Below are positions 23,265-36,197 of a stretch of DNA of 64,000 bases, piece after piece. Each line of letters opens with the position of its first letter. Within the stretch, counting starts at the first letter, position 1. The translations under genes were made by a program, and so were the position numbers. The DNA is from Neoconidiobolus thromboides FSU 785 (Eukaryota > Fungi > Entomophthoromycota), in NCBI GenBank assembly GCA_025603075.1, contig MU626323.1:42135-106134 (forward strand), given 5' to 3'. A model generated the notes under the pieces. That model was given only the letters and a program-made list of their open reading frames with translations, ran no database searches and had not been told where the DNA came from.

Positions 23265-25868
23265 TTATTGATTATTGTTTTCATTTTCATTTTCATTTTC
23301 ATTTTCATTTTCATTGTTATCACTTTCGTTGTTGTCATCATCATCCTCATTTTCCTTGTTTATAGAGCCTTTAATTGTGGTTGTACCTTTTTTTAAATTC
23401 TTGTGACATTCAACCATTACAGAACCTGTTATATGTGGCCAAGTAAACAAAGATTGAAAGACATCTTTTAAACGTTTTAAATCTTTACTTTCCACATTAA
23501 AACCACCCTCACTATTTTTAGCAGATTCATTTTCAGCTACCAATGACGTAAAGTTTTGCGGTGTAATACCTGCTCCTTTTGCTACTTTTTCATACAAAGC
23601 AACACTTCCTAAAACTGGGGGAAGTGGTTTACCTAAATCTAAATCTGTCGTTATTTTCCTATCGATCGAAGCCTATAAAAAATTATATTGTTACTTATTT
23701 TAATTTTATTAAATAAAATATTAGTTTTACCCATGTGTGATCCAAATCATCCTTCCTATAACTTACTGCGCCTCCAATTGGGCGTCTTGCATCTTTAATA
23801 CTATTAAAACTACTTTCTCTTGTGATGTTCTTTTTGGGATTATTTGATGACATATCAGTAGCATTTGTTGGGGTAATTTTAATTCCTTTGGTACTCCTGT
23901 TATACCTTGAATCACCATCAGATTGTTCAGAATCATCTTCGTCGCGTTTTTTACTCTTCCTTGTACTATTTGATTTTGATTTATTTTGTGGTTTGATATT
24001 GGCTAGTATAGATGGATCGGTTATTAGCTCTCCGTTTACTACGCCTATATTAACTAACCTTTTCCACCGACGCCAGCACTATAAAATAATAAATACATTT
24101 ATAAGTATAACTATATTTAGATTTACTTGATTATCTGTTCGGTTCGAAAGCTCTTGGGATATACTTGACCATTTCCCCACTCCAATTTTATTAACTAATG
24201 AAAGTAAATGAGCATCTTCCTAATTTTTAAAATATATTGTTGGTACATATTGTTATTATATGATTATATTAAAATTACATAAGGATTCCAGTAGGAATCA
24301 TCAATTCCCGGATGTAACACATTCATCCATCTTTCACGGCATTGTACGTCAGTTCTACCTTTAACATGAGGCTGGATCTTCACCCAAGAATGTGCTCCAT
24401 ATTTGGCTACTGCAGCTTTTAAAACCTGTTTGTTAAATGTAAAAAATTGACACTTTCGATAACTATTTTTTTACCTCGTCTTCTTCTGGGGTCCATCGCC
24501 CACGTTTTATAGCTGGATTTAATGCTTTTGCCCATCTATGTAGGCATTGTTGACCAGTACGATTTACCAAACATTGAGCAACTATTAACCAATTATTATA
24601 AAAAAAATTAACGATATGTATAACTCACTTTGTTGCCAATTTCTTTCACCATAAACTTTAACTGCTTCTCTAAGAATATTATCTTCTTCTTTAGTCCACC
24701 GCCTAATAATTTATTAGCAACTTAATAAGTTGTTTTAAAAATAGTTACTTTCTAACTAAGCCATGATTCATTTTTGTTTGATATTGGTGAAAACATTGGA
24801 TAGCTGTTCTATTAGTATTTAATTCGCTTGCTATTGCTTGCCAATTTCTATAATTATAGGATTTTGCGATCTGGGCAAGCTTTAATTCTTCTTCATCTGT
24901 CCAATCTGCTTTGTTTATAAGTGGATGATCATAGCAAGTCCATCGAATTGCGCATTCTTTGGGACTTCTTCCAAGAATCTGAAAGTACATCAATAAATTT
25001 TAATAAAATAAAATAAAATAGTACATTCTGTGCTATTTTTTCCCAATTAAGTCCTTTAAGGTTCAATTCAAGCTCTCTATCAGGTAGCTTTCTTACTTGC
25101 CATACTTCCATTGGAGGCTCGCCAGCTGATTTATCAGAAGCATCCAAACCTTTCCTACTATTCGGCCCATTTGTCCTTAAAATTAACTTAAACAGTGATA
25201 TTGAAATAATAAATTGGACTACCTTTTTAATAGACCTTCTATCTTTAATCTCATATTTTCCTGACGTACAGCAGCAGCTAGAATAGAAATTTCCCTTAAT
25301 TGCCATCTCCTAGCATTTTTTACTAACGGAGTAGGTTTATCTTTTTGCATCTTTTCAAAACTTTCAAGAGGTGCCTATTTTATATAGATTAAGTATTTAT
25401 ATTAATATTAAAAAACCTATTACTTCCTCATGGTTGCCAACAAAATAAGGTAAATATTCAAAGTTAGCTAATTCTTTTAACCTTGCGTCTTCTTCGTTAT
25501 CCCCAGTTATTATGCAAGGTAAATTAACTTGATATCTAGCTTTTCTTTGAGAATTTTCTCGTTCCTCTTGATTCGGTCCATTTTTAAAATCGTTTATCAA
25601 ACCATGAGATGATGCAAATTCGGTTACCCATTTCTTTAATAATTATTAATAAAAAAAGTTAATTTAAAATTATTACTTATACCTGATGGTTTAAATTTTG
25701 TTTCCTTGCTTCTTCAATCGATTTAAGCCTTAGTGTAAGATTATCTTGTAGTTTTCTATTATAATTTAAGCATTCTAATAATTGCTGTGATGAGAATGAA
25801 GATGGATCTGAAACATTTATTAAAGATCCGTTATCATAATCTGCATCGAAATTTGAATTTTCACTCAT
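23265..25868 (-). CDS. SNAPC4: Multi-Myb-repeat protein, SNAPC4/SNAP190-like (many exons)
   Basis: N-terminal coiled coil (LECLNYNRKLQDNL), PYFV, then serial Myb repeats (WEKIAQN; ECAIRW; WTDEEELKL; WTKEED; QCLHRWAKALNPAIKRGRWTPEED; RTDVQCRERW; RTDNQCWRRW) and a C-terminal LFTWP. Confidence 0.75.
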
Positions 25869-26223
25869 AAATTTAAAATAAAAAAATAAAAAAATAAAAT
25901 TTTCTAAAAATATTTGCCCCAATAGAATTTTATTTTTTTCAATTTTATTTTAATTCAATATCAAGTTATATATATTCAAAATTTTAAGGGCTTAAAGGAA
26001 GAATCGATTAAATACATAGGTAGATATTAATTTTTAGGTTTAACTTGTGCTATTATTACTATTAGTATTAACGTTATTAAAAGTATCTATTAATATTATA
26101 TAAAAAATCTACTGCCTTAAATTTATAATAAAGAACTCTTGATTTTAAATAAGCCAATTAAATAAAAGTATTATTAGATTAAATGACATAGATGAAATTT
26201 TTAATCTTCAACTATTTAAATCT

Positions 26224-27286
26224 ATGAAATTAACTGAAAGCAATAAGCACTCAATAGCAGGTGCTGGCGCAGGTTTAGTGGCCTCAGTGATAACATGTCC
26301 ATTAGATGTTGTAAAAACGAGATTGCAAAATCAGGGTGTTGAGAAACCTGGGATTAAGTATTATAGGGGTACATACTGTAAGTATATATATCGTTTTAAT
26401 CATAATTATTAACAAGGTATCAGCTTCATTAAAAAGAATATGGTTTGAAGAAGGTATAAGAGGACTTTATCGTGGATTGGGCCCAACAATTATGGGTTAC
26501 TTACCAACTTGGGCTATTTATTTTACAGCATATGACTCATTTAAAAATTACTCTTCACTTATATTAGGTATTTTAATTATAATTTTAACTGTAGCTTTTT
26601 TAAATGAGATTGTAGACAAGCCAAAAAGCTCGTCAATGGTTCATATATTTGGAGCTATGAGTGCTGGAGCACTTTGTACAATATCAACATCGCCTTTATG
26701 GGTGATAAAAACACGCATTATGGTATTTATTTTTTTATATCTATAGCAATTTTAAATGTTCCTTAAAATTAAGACTCAAAGTAATACGACTGATTACCGT
26801 TATAATGGTACCTTAGATGCCTTTAAAAGCATATTGAGGATAGAAGGAATAAAAGGTTTTTATAAGGGGCTTATGCCTTCACTACTAGGAGTCTCACATG
26901 TTGCTGTACAATTTCCTTTATATGAGCATTTAAAAGTAAAGTTTGGTAGGTTTAATTATAATTTGTTATTTTGGATTAAGTCTTAGTTATTAGCTACAAT
27001 GAATAATGAAAAGGTTAAAACTTCTTCATTGCTCTTATCTTCAGGTATAGCCAAATTAGTAGCAAGTTGCTTAACATATCCACATGAAGTTATACGAACA
27101 CGATTACAAAATCAAACTAAAAAACCCTACAAATACAATGGTGTTATTAATACCATTAAAATAATTGGCAAAGAGGAAGGCTATCGTGGTTATTATAAAG
27201 GTTTAACAACAAATCTTATACGTACTATTCCTGCTTCTGTATTGACTATCTTCACCTATGAGTTAATCATTTTAAAGATAACATAA
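26224..27286 (+). CDS. NDT1: Mitochondrial carrier, NAD+ transporter-like (multi-exon)
   Basis: Three carrier repeats (CPLDVVKTRLQ, SPLWVIKTR, YPHEVIRTRLQ) plus GLGPTIMGYLPTWAIYF and GVSHVAVQFPLYE, typical of Ndt1/Yia6. Confidence 0.8.
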
Positions 27287-27766
27287 ATCTTATGTACTAA
27301 AGTAGATTTTCCAGACTCATCATATAATATTGGTTTCCAAATAATTATTTAAATTTCAAATAATGACCTCAGCAATTATATTTACTTCAAATTGATTTCT
27401 TAAAGTTAGACTTTGAATACCAAAAAATAAAATTAGAATAAATCTCTCAATGTTTTTTTCTTTTAAGTTCAAACTTATTAAAAGAGTATTTTCTATTATA
27501 TCTATTTTGAATATCTTAATCTATAACTATATTACTATAAAAATTGAGATTATTAAGAACTTGCCATGATCTATTTAGAAAATAGTTTAATAGCCTTTTA
27601 AACTTATTTAGATTTAAAGAAAATTAAAACGTATGTTTAGAACCATTAATTTATTAGTGAACATACACTCATATTTAAAATATACCATTTTGCATAAATT
27701 GATTATTTAAGTTATCAAAATGATTATCAAACTTTTATCATGTTTATTTAATAAAATGTTATGAGT

Positions 27767-29164
27767 TTATTTGTATTCAACAGCAACGACCTTACCCAAC
27801 ATGACAGCGGTGTTACCATCAAGGAAGGCAATACGAGAAAGACCTTCACAGTTCTTGAAGGTATCTACAACAAGAGGTTGAATTGGTTCGAAGACAACTT
27901 CAGCAGCTTCGTTGGCTTTGAGGGAGTGAGGGTCTTCGAGCTTCTTACGACCAGTTTCTTTACCGATCTTCCATTTAAGAGCGATAATTTTACAGGCGGA
28001 ACGACCACAACGGACGAAACCAATTGGGGAGTATCCTGGTTTAACTTCTCCGGGAATATCAAGAGTTTGAATTTGAGCAGTAAAATTCTTGACTGGACGG
28101 AGGGAGGTATCAGATTTGAGAATCATAACATCACCTGAACGAGGCATGTTGTTCTTGTCAAGACCTTTGACGTTCATACCAATGTTATCACCAGTTTGGG
28201 CTTGTTCAGCACGTTTGTGATGCATTTCAATGGTGAAAACTTTACCGGTACATTGATTGGAAGCAGTATGGGTTGGAAGGAAGACTACTTCGGAGTTAGG
28301 AACAAGGAGACCTTGTTCAACACGACCAGTGACGACATCACCTACACCCTTAATCTTGTAGATACCAGAAACTGGGAGACGCATTGGGGCATCAGTGTTA
28401 CGGGATGGAAGCTCAACCATAGTGTTAAGAGCATCAAGTAAAGTATCGATGTGGAGAGATTTACCAGAAGTGGTAACAACATCAACACCCTTCCACCAAG
28501 TCATCTTTTCGGATTTCTTGAGAAGATTGTCACCCATCCAACCAGAGATTGGAAGGATTGGAACGGATTTCTCAATGAATTCCTTCTTCCATCCGACCTT
28601 GATCAACATAGAGGCCATTTCATCACGAATTTCAGTGTAACGATCTTCTTTGTATCCAGCGGTATCTGAATCCATCTTGTTAATACCAACAATAAGTTGT
28701 TTAACACCGAGAAGATTGAGTAAACGGGCATGTTGTCTAGTTTGACCTTGGATATCTCCGGCTTTGTGGTCACCCTTTTGGATAGCAGTGGTGAAATTAC
28801 CATCAGCTGGGACCATAAGAAGAGCAACATCAGCTTGAGCGGCACCAGAAATCATGTTTTTGATGAAATCACGATGGCCTGGAGCATCGATAATGGTATA
28901 ATGCCAGTTATCAGTGAAAAACTCTTTGGTAGTGCAGGAAATGGTGACACCACGTTCACGTTCTTCCTTTTGACGATCCATGAAGAAAGCGAAAGCGAAG
29001 GAAGATTTACCGAGACGTTCAGCTTCTTGCTTTAATTTTTCCATTTCACGCTCTGGAATACCACCTAATTCGAAAAGAAGACGACCAGTAGTGGTAGACT
29101 TACCGGAATCGACGTGACCACAGATAACAATGGATAAATGTTGTTTACCGTCAGTAGCAGACAT
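27767..29164 (-). CDS. EFL: Elongation factor-like GTPase (EFL), intronless
   Basis: HLSIVICGHVDSGKSTTTGRLLFELGGIPEREMEKLK, SSFAFAFFMDRQKEERERGVTI, VPADGNFTTAIQKGDHKAGDIQGQTRQH and NKMD are EFL-type rather than EF-1alpha-type sequences. Visibly GC-richer, as expected for a highly expressed gene. Confidence 0.93.
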   Translation of the reverse strand: MSATDGKQHLSIVICGHVDSGKSTTTGRLLFELGGIPEREMEKLKQEAERLGKSSFAFAFFMDRQKEERERGVTISCTTKEFFTDNWHYTIIDAPGHRDFIKNMISGAAQADVALLMVPADGNFTTAIQKGDHKAGDIQGQTRQHARLLNLLGVKQLIVGINKMDSDTAGYKEDRYTEIRDEMASMLIKVGWKKEFIEKSVPILPISGWMGDNLLKKSEKMTWWKGVDVVTTSGKSLHIDTLLDALNTMVELPSRNTDAPMRLPVSGIYKIKGVGDVVTGRVEQGLLVPNSEVVFLPTHTASNQCTGKVFTIEMHHKRAEQAQTGDNIGMNVKGLDKNNMPRSGDVMILKSDTSLRPVKNFTAQIQTLDIPGEVKPGYSPIGFVRCGRSACKIIALKWKIGKETGRKKLEDPHSLKANEAAEVVFEPIQPLVVDTFKNCEGLSRIAFLDGNTAVMLGKVVAVEYK

Positions 29165-29619
29165 ATTTAATTGATAGCTTTAGACAAAGGCTGAAAGAGA
29201 AAAATTGGGCTTAGGATTATATTAATAAATTTTTTTTGCAAAAACTATAAGCAAAATGAAACAGGGTCTTTAACTGGGTCCCTTGTTTTAAAATTTTAAT
29301 TGGTTTGATAAATGCATTTTTTATTTTGCAGCTTTAAACCAATTAAAAGCTTTTTTGTATTGAAGTCTAGTTGATTTTCAAGGGATATTTATAGTTAGAT
29401 TAGTAATATAAAAACAGGGAAACTAAATTAAAGTTTTGTATAATATACTCTATATGTAAAATGAATTGAAGGTTTTTAATTACAAATCTCTTTTAAAAAT
29501 TTAATAATTTTACACTTTGGTAACTGTAATAATTAAAAAACTATCGAATTTTATAGTCTACACCAATATTTTAACAAAATTTCGAGAACTTTATAGCGCT
29601 ATTTAGTTTCAGATACCTT

Positions 29620-32600
29620 TTATTTCAAAAAATAATTTAAAATCTGTATTAATATAAAATAGATATCTTTATCTGATTTTGATGTATTTGAATTGTATAA
29701 ATTATTTTTAATTGAAGAATTTACATAATTAATTATACTCAAGTCTGTTTCTTTTTTACTTAACCCTAATTCTATCAATTTCTTTAATATATCAAACTTA
29801 TACCACGAGTCGAACGATGGCATTTTAATCAATGCTTCAATAAAAGTCAGACAATAATATTGCTCTAAATTACTATCACTATTTAATGATGCTATTAATC
29901 TCGGTTTATCTTCTATCCCAAACATCAATCGATCACTGAAGTTGATTTTATTTAAGATTTTATTCAAACTGAAATCGATTGGATTTGTTTTGTTTCTGTT
30001 CTTTGATAATAATTGAAATATCTTTGGTAGTGCATCTTTAGTCATTCTATCCGTTATAAAGTCTGGGGTAAAGTCTAGTAGTTGAATTAATACTTTTAAT
30101 GTTAACACAGTATCTAAGCTGGATTCATTCAAAAATGATTTAATATAAACCCAAATATTATGCCATGAAGTATTTAAAGGCCTTCTACACTCTTCAATAT
30201 CTTCCTTTACTATATCATAATGTTCTATATCCTTATTTACTCTAGTAATTTGAATTATAATCCTTAATATAATATGCCTTGTTTTTTGGTCCGAATAAGA
30301 TACATAATTGTTACAGATTTTTAGAATATGCTTCAAATACTCATTACATTTTGAAAGTAACTTGTCCTGATTTAGTGATGCTTTTTCAATTTCATATGTA
30401 TCACTAACATTATCTGTCTTTTCTTTATCAAATATTGCCTTTGAAAATTCTTTGCCCAAATTTATATTAGTGTTTCTAATACTCTCTTTTAAACTAATAA
30501 TTTCATTTTTGTCTTTGGTATACTTAGAAATAAAAGTACTGATTGTATTAGATGCAGTTGAGTTTATACTTTCACTAAAACTAACACATTTTGTAGAGGA
30601 TTTATTATTTTTTTCTTTAATTAAAGTATACTCTCTTTCGTTCCTACATTTTGATATAGGTATAGTCATTGCTTCTATAATATTTAACAGTTGGTTCACA
30701 ATATAATTATTTTCGTTATCAAATTTAGAAGCTATGTATAATCCGTCAATCACTTGTAGCAATATGTCCTCATATAAAAAAATATCTGAGCTCTGTCCAT
30801 ACTTAAGTAATGCTGATAACATAAATGTTACTGGTTGGTGAATTTTCATTGGATCAATTCTTTGAGAAATGCAATGTAAAAGGTAATCCATATTATCATG
30901 GCACATCTCGATTAAATTATCATAACCACAAATCTTTTGTACTGTATTTAAACATTTTGCTGCATCAATTGAAACTCGTTTATCTGGAGCTCCTAATTTT
31001 TCAAGCATAAAATATAATAGATTAAATAATTCCATTCGAAAGCTATCACCAGTTATATTAGCAGTAAATGATATTAAATTAAGTACTTGGCAATCTTTTA
31101 ATACAAACCAAGTAGTTGAACTATTATAATTATCTACCTCTAATTCTTCAGGAAATGCATCTATAGATACTCTCTCCATTTCGTTTAATTTAAAAGATAG
31201 ATCATAATCCAAAAGATTATTTATAAGTGAAAGTGAGTATATTTTAACTGATTCGTTATCATCAAAAATTGGGCATTTACCTTTATGCATCTCGTATAAT
31301 AACACTGAATGTGGATTTTTTGATAAGTGTGACTTTCCATATAATAAATGATTAACCAAAAATAAAGTAGGACCATGAAAAGGTAACATTGAAGGAGAAT
31401 TTAATACGTTTATAGAGTAGTTTATAAATATACCAATGTCATTAAGATAAAATCCAATTAAGTTTAAAAATTGAATAAACTCTGATAACGTTTTATCTTC
31501 AAGGAAATACCGGAAATGATTTGTCATATTATTTTGAGAATGATTGGTATCATGTAGAATTAGATCACTTTGCAATATTTGACTTAACTCTTCACTTTTC
31601 TCGTTGTTTAAAACTTCAATAGTGTCTAAATTCCTTACTGTAAGGCATTTACATAACGAAAGCCATATACTAGCAACTTTATCCTCAAAAATTGTACTAA
31701 CCTTAGGACCCAATAATAAAGTTGAGGTTGCTAAAGACCTTAATAAACTTAATTTTTCTGATTCTGATTTAGAAACGATGGTAGTTGCTGTGCTATTCAA
31801 AGCTGTATTAAAGTTATCATATATGTAGGGTAAAGTATCGATAGTATAAAATGGCTCCTCAGATAAATTGGTAATAGTTTTAGCTGAATTTTTTTTAATT
31901 TCATCGGAATCATCATTTAACAAGTTAAGTAGAGAAACCAAAAGATAAGACTCTATGCTATTTATACACCATCTACCTTCAATCATAAAAAAAGCCAAAA
32001 CTTTTAAATATGAGCTTCTCACAACTTTAGAAGGATGATTCTCAAAATAAATTATACATTTAAAGATATGCTTTAATACCTTTCGAAAGTTATCAAGCCA
32101 ACTTAAATTTATTCCAAACTCGTTATCTTCAACAGTATTACCATTTATATAACCCCGTACTTTTTCTTTTGATTTTTTCATAATTAAAATAAGCAACTCA
32201 AATACATTCATTAATGTTTTGGAATTTTCTTTTAATGGATCTCTTGAAATGAGTTTAATGATTAATTCAAATAAGGATGGTAAAAACATAAAAAAAACTC
32301 TATTTGATCTAATTGAACGTTCAAGTAGCTCAATTAATTTTTTAAGTGACATATTAATTATTAAATTTGATTGTTGATTTAAAATAATTGCTTCGAGTGT
32401 ATGGATTAAAACTAAAATTACCCTAATATTATACTTTGAATCCAGACCAAATTTGAAATCTTTGAACTCTATTATTCTTTCCTGTTCTAGGATATCCGTT
32501 TTATTGACACTAGCTGGATTTGTTAAAATGTCTAAAATTTCTAAATAAGCTCTTAAAAGCTCTTCAGTAATCTTAATATCTGGTATCTTTTCATTAAATA

Positions 32601-33030
32601 ATCGACCAAAGCAACCTACAATCTCAATAAAAAATGCCTTATAAGCATCATCTTCAATTATGTTTCTCAATCCTAAGAATGGTAATATATATTTTAAATT
32701 GTTTTCTAGCACTACAGAATTGAATCCTTGTTGATTTTTAATCTTTTCTTTAGTAATATTTTTGTCAAATATATCTAAAACCTTGAATGCTGGATTCAAT
32801 AGAAAGCTTATCTCATTTTCTCCTATTCGTTCTAACTTTAGCTCTCCTGTCTTTATTTTTTCGTTAACTTTGAAGAATAAATCATTTACTTGATACCAAT
32901 TAATTTTTTCCTCTGTTAAACACTGTCCTATTTTAAGTACTAATTCAAACTTAAATTTTAAATACAGCCATTTCAATAAACATATTTATCTTACCTCAGA
33001 CAATATTGCTATATTATATTTCCTTCTCAT
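29620..33030 (-). CDS. TTI1: TEL2-interacting protein 1 (TTI1)-like HEAT-repeat protein
   Basis: 1118-aa helical-repeat ORF containing FLPSLF, YFENHPSKVVR, LYFMLEKLG and CGYDNLIEMCHDNMDYLLHCIS, which resemble Tti1. A probable short first exon starts at 33030 (MRRKYNIAILSE/GTAAG). Confidence 0.65.
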
Positions 33031-33623
33031 TTATTGTTTAAAGATATGTTTAAAATTGAAACAAAATGGTACAAATGGACAAGGTGTAGCCTTTTTTTAT
33101 ATATAGCTATTATTTTGAGTTTATTTTAAAATCAAAATTTTTGCTTAAAATTGCATAAACTAAAAAGTAACCCCCAAAAGGAACATTATACTTAATAGTA
33201 AACTAATCAAAATGTTGTTAGTAAAAGATATGACATTTATAAAGTAATTAGTTCATCTTTAGAGACAACATTAAAATATGAAAAAATTAAAGCATTGTTC
33301 ATTGATACATAATTTATTCAGTTGTTTTTAAAATTAAAATTTTCAAATATATTTGACTATTATTTATAATTTTGTACTTTGTATTAATCACAAATCTTAT
33401 GACAATATAGTAATATTTATTGAACATTCCAATTTGATGATAGTATTATTTTTGGATGTGGTTTGTTTTATTATTCCTACTGAATATAATAACGTTACTA
33501 AAAATATAATTACAATATTTCTTTGATAATTAAATAAAAAAAGGCAAGTAAAAAAGGGTATAAAATAAATAGTATTTAATAGAAAATCATTATCAAATAA
33601 ATAATTATATGCAATAGACAACA

Positions 33624-34367
33624 CTATTTCTTACGGCGATTATAAGTAATAGTGGCTGCTTTTACAGCTCTCGTAGATGCTAATTGAACTTTTGATAATG
33701 AATCTAAACATTTTAAATCATTAATGACATCTTCAATATCTTTTACATCTGAGTTTAATAATGACACTTCATTTTTGCATTTATTTAGCTTGTTCTATTA
33801 ATAGAATTAATTTTAATAAAGTTGAAAACAATAACAAATTACTTTAGTTTCTACAATCTTTGGTAGTTTTGTATGAATCCTATCAGTTAATTGATAAAGC
33901 GTAAATGATATTTCATTCAGAAAGGTCTGTAAGTATTCAGACAGTATAGAACAAGCTAAAAGTTTAGTTTAGTTTAGTTTAGTTTAGTTTAGTTTAGTTT
34001 AGTTTGATGGTGAGATAAATAAAATACCTTTTTTAATCCTTTCTCTTAAGTTGGAATCTTTATTTGAAACCAAATCCGATATCAAATGCTGTGCTGCAGT
34101 GGTTGGGGTTGAAGATAAATTAGAAGTATTATTGGAAGAAAAAGATAAACCAGAAACTCGATGATGTTGAATATAACTATTAGAGTCTGGTGATAAAAAC
34201 CCTATTGAAGGTAATGGTGACTCAACTTCGACTGGCGATAGAACTAAGCTAGCGGGAGCTGCAATTCCTGAAGATCCTGTTGGGCTTTTAGAGTCCATTA
34301 AGGAATTTTGAATAGAACTTGATGGTGTTGTTGAACCTTTAGATTCTGTAATCATATTTTTGCTCAT
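33624..34367 (-). CDS. BORCS8/MEF2BNB-like protein with a Ser/Pro-rich N-terminal extension (3 exons)
   Basis: After ORF 33999-34367, later exons read LNEISFTLYQLTDRIHTKLPKIVETK / ...VKDIEDVINDLK, resembling BORCS8 ANEPSVALYRLQEHVRRSLPELAQHK. Recognised from memory only. Confidence 0.5.
33961..34005. repeat. (AGTTT)9 microsatellite in an intron
   Basis: Nine perfect pentamer units next to the splice donor region. Confidence 0.9.
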
Positions 34368-34656
34368 TATTTCATTACAGTTAAAAGAACGATATTAAGA
34401 TTTCAGATTAAATTTAATTGGTTCGCTGAATTTAAAAAGAGGATAAAGTGTAAAAACTAAAACTAATGTTTTTGATCAAGTTTAATTTAGAAATTGATGA
34501 TTTTTGCATAATTATTTTCAAAATGGCCTGATTTTATTGCAATACAGTATGATCTTATTGAGTAAAGTTAAGTTCCTTCTAAAATATCAATTTATGCAAA
34601 AACATCATATTATTAAAGCACACTTAAGAAAATAATCTCCATTTTCTTAATTTAAA

Positions 34657-35185
34657 ATGCCTCCCAAATTCATTCTAGATAAAAAAGCTAATACAAGCCA
34701 AGCTAAAGCTTCACCAAAAGATAAATCAGACCCACAAAACGTCCCAATAAAGTTTGCTGAAGTAAAAACTAAGAAGGATAAAGCAGAAATAAATGGAACG
34801 CTGACCTTATCAAAAAGTAAACAGAGAGCAAGAGAAAGAGAAAGAGGGAAAAAAGTAGTTCAAATTTATATAATATTCATATTCGCTAATATATTCATAG
34901 TTCCATGTTAATATGTTAAATATATCTCATCTTCAAAAATATCGTAAGTATAACAAATTACCTACAGTAAAGGTTAGGAGCTCAAGAGAAGAGTTGGTCA
35001 AAGCAGCCGGTATTCATTTTAATTCAATGGTTGTAAATGAAGCAAAAATGATTGCAGAGTTTTTATTTCATGTAGCAAAAAGTATGTTTATTTTATATTT
35101 TTTTACTGTTCTAATTGTTTTTAGAAAAATCAAAAATTTACTCTGCACTTACAGATTAATAACATTAAATATCCAAACATCCTAA
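34657..35185 (+). CDS. SAP30-like protein (Sin3-binding domain); 3' end uncertain
   Basis: LQKYRKYNKLPTVKVRSSREELVKAAGIHFNSMVVNEAKMIAEFLFHV matches the SAP30 C-terminal pattern (L+RY++H+KL...K..L...V..HF....V.E...I..F...V). Confidence 0.7.
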
Positions 35186-35433
35186 TGCTTTATAATGTAA
35201 CTTCTCCTCAAATAATATTGTATTATTTATCTCTTTTTAAATAATAAATCATTAACGCTTCTGTTATTACTTTAATATAAGATTATATTATATTTGTGTA
35301 CTTTTTTTTTTGATCAAAAATTTGTTATTTCAAAAATTGATTTTTCATAAAAAATAGTTGAATTTAATTTGATTAGACAAGTTTTATGAATAATTTTTAG
35401 CATTAAATCAAGTTTACACTTTTTCATTTTAGA

Positions 35434-35769
35434 ATGTTAAAGTATTTTAAGTTTAGTCATAGAAGTTTATATCAAAATAATTTAAAGAAGAGATTAATAA
35501 ATATACAAGCTAATCCTTTAAAAACTGGAGCAGAAGATCCAACTCATTTAATAACCCAAAAGAAAAAAAAGGTATTAACATTATGGCAAAGGGTTGGCAC
35601 ACCTTTTGCCAACATCATGTTATTAGGAACAGCAATCAATTTATTCTTACAAACTTATTGGTATAATGAATATTTGGAATTCTATATTAAAAACAAAGAT
35701 GAAGAAATTTCAAAGCTAGAGTCTCAATTGACATACCTTGAAGAAAAATCAGTTAATGAAAATAAATAA
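35434..35769 (+). CDS. Small mitochondrial inner-membrane protein, possibly Ina17-like
   Basis: Basic presequence-like N-terminus, a single hydrophobic segment (GTPFANIMLLGTAINLFLQTYWY), then a coiled coil (KDEEISKLESQL). Confidence 0.45.
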   Translation: MLKYFKFSHRSLYQNNLKKRLINIQANPLKTGAEDPTHLITQKKKKVLTLWQRVGTPFANIMLLGTAINLFLQTYWYNEYLEFYIKNKDEEISKLESQLTYLEEKSVNENK

Positions 35770-36197
35770 AAAATGAACTTCAACCATTTCATTTATGATT
35801 CTATTATAAATAAAACTTCATAATGTGTTTAACATTTGATTCTATTGTTTAGTTTTTATTCAAGTTAATACTGTCAACTTATCACTTTCTAATTAATTTA
35901 TATTTATTTTTTAAAACAAAGGTTTTACAAAAAATTACTTGAAATTTTTATCTAATTACTAAAATGTGTTATTAAAGACACTAAAAATTAAAGAACAAAA
36001 GGGATCTTAAATAATTATTTTCATAGCTTTACATTTTCACAATATTTGTTCAGGTAATAATGTTATAATTATATGATCATAATATTTAAATAACAAATTT
36101 ACTGTTTTTAATATATTTAATGATTTATTATGCTTATAATTTTATTAAGAAAATAGGCTATAAATTTTAAAATAAATAATTCAAGTTAAGCCTAAAA

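Noticed and set aside
27761-28845. Antisense and alternate-frame ORFs over EFL
   Set aside because: Same shadow effect; no independent motifs.
1-33030. UXT and TTI1 as a co-located R2TP/prefoldin-like chaperone cluster
   Set aside because: They are 29 kb apart, on opposite sides of a probable misjoin, with unrelated genes between them.
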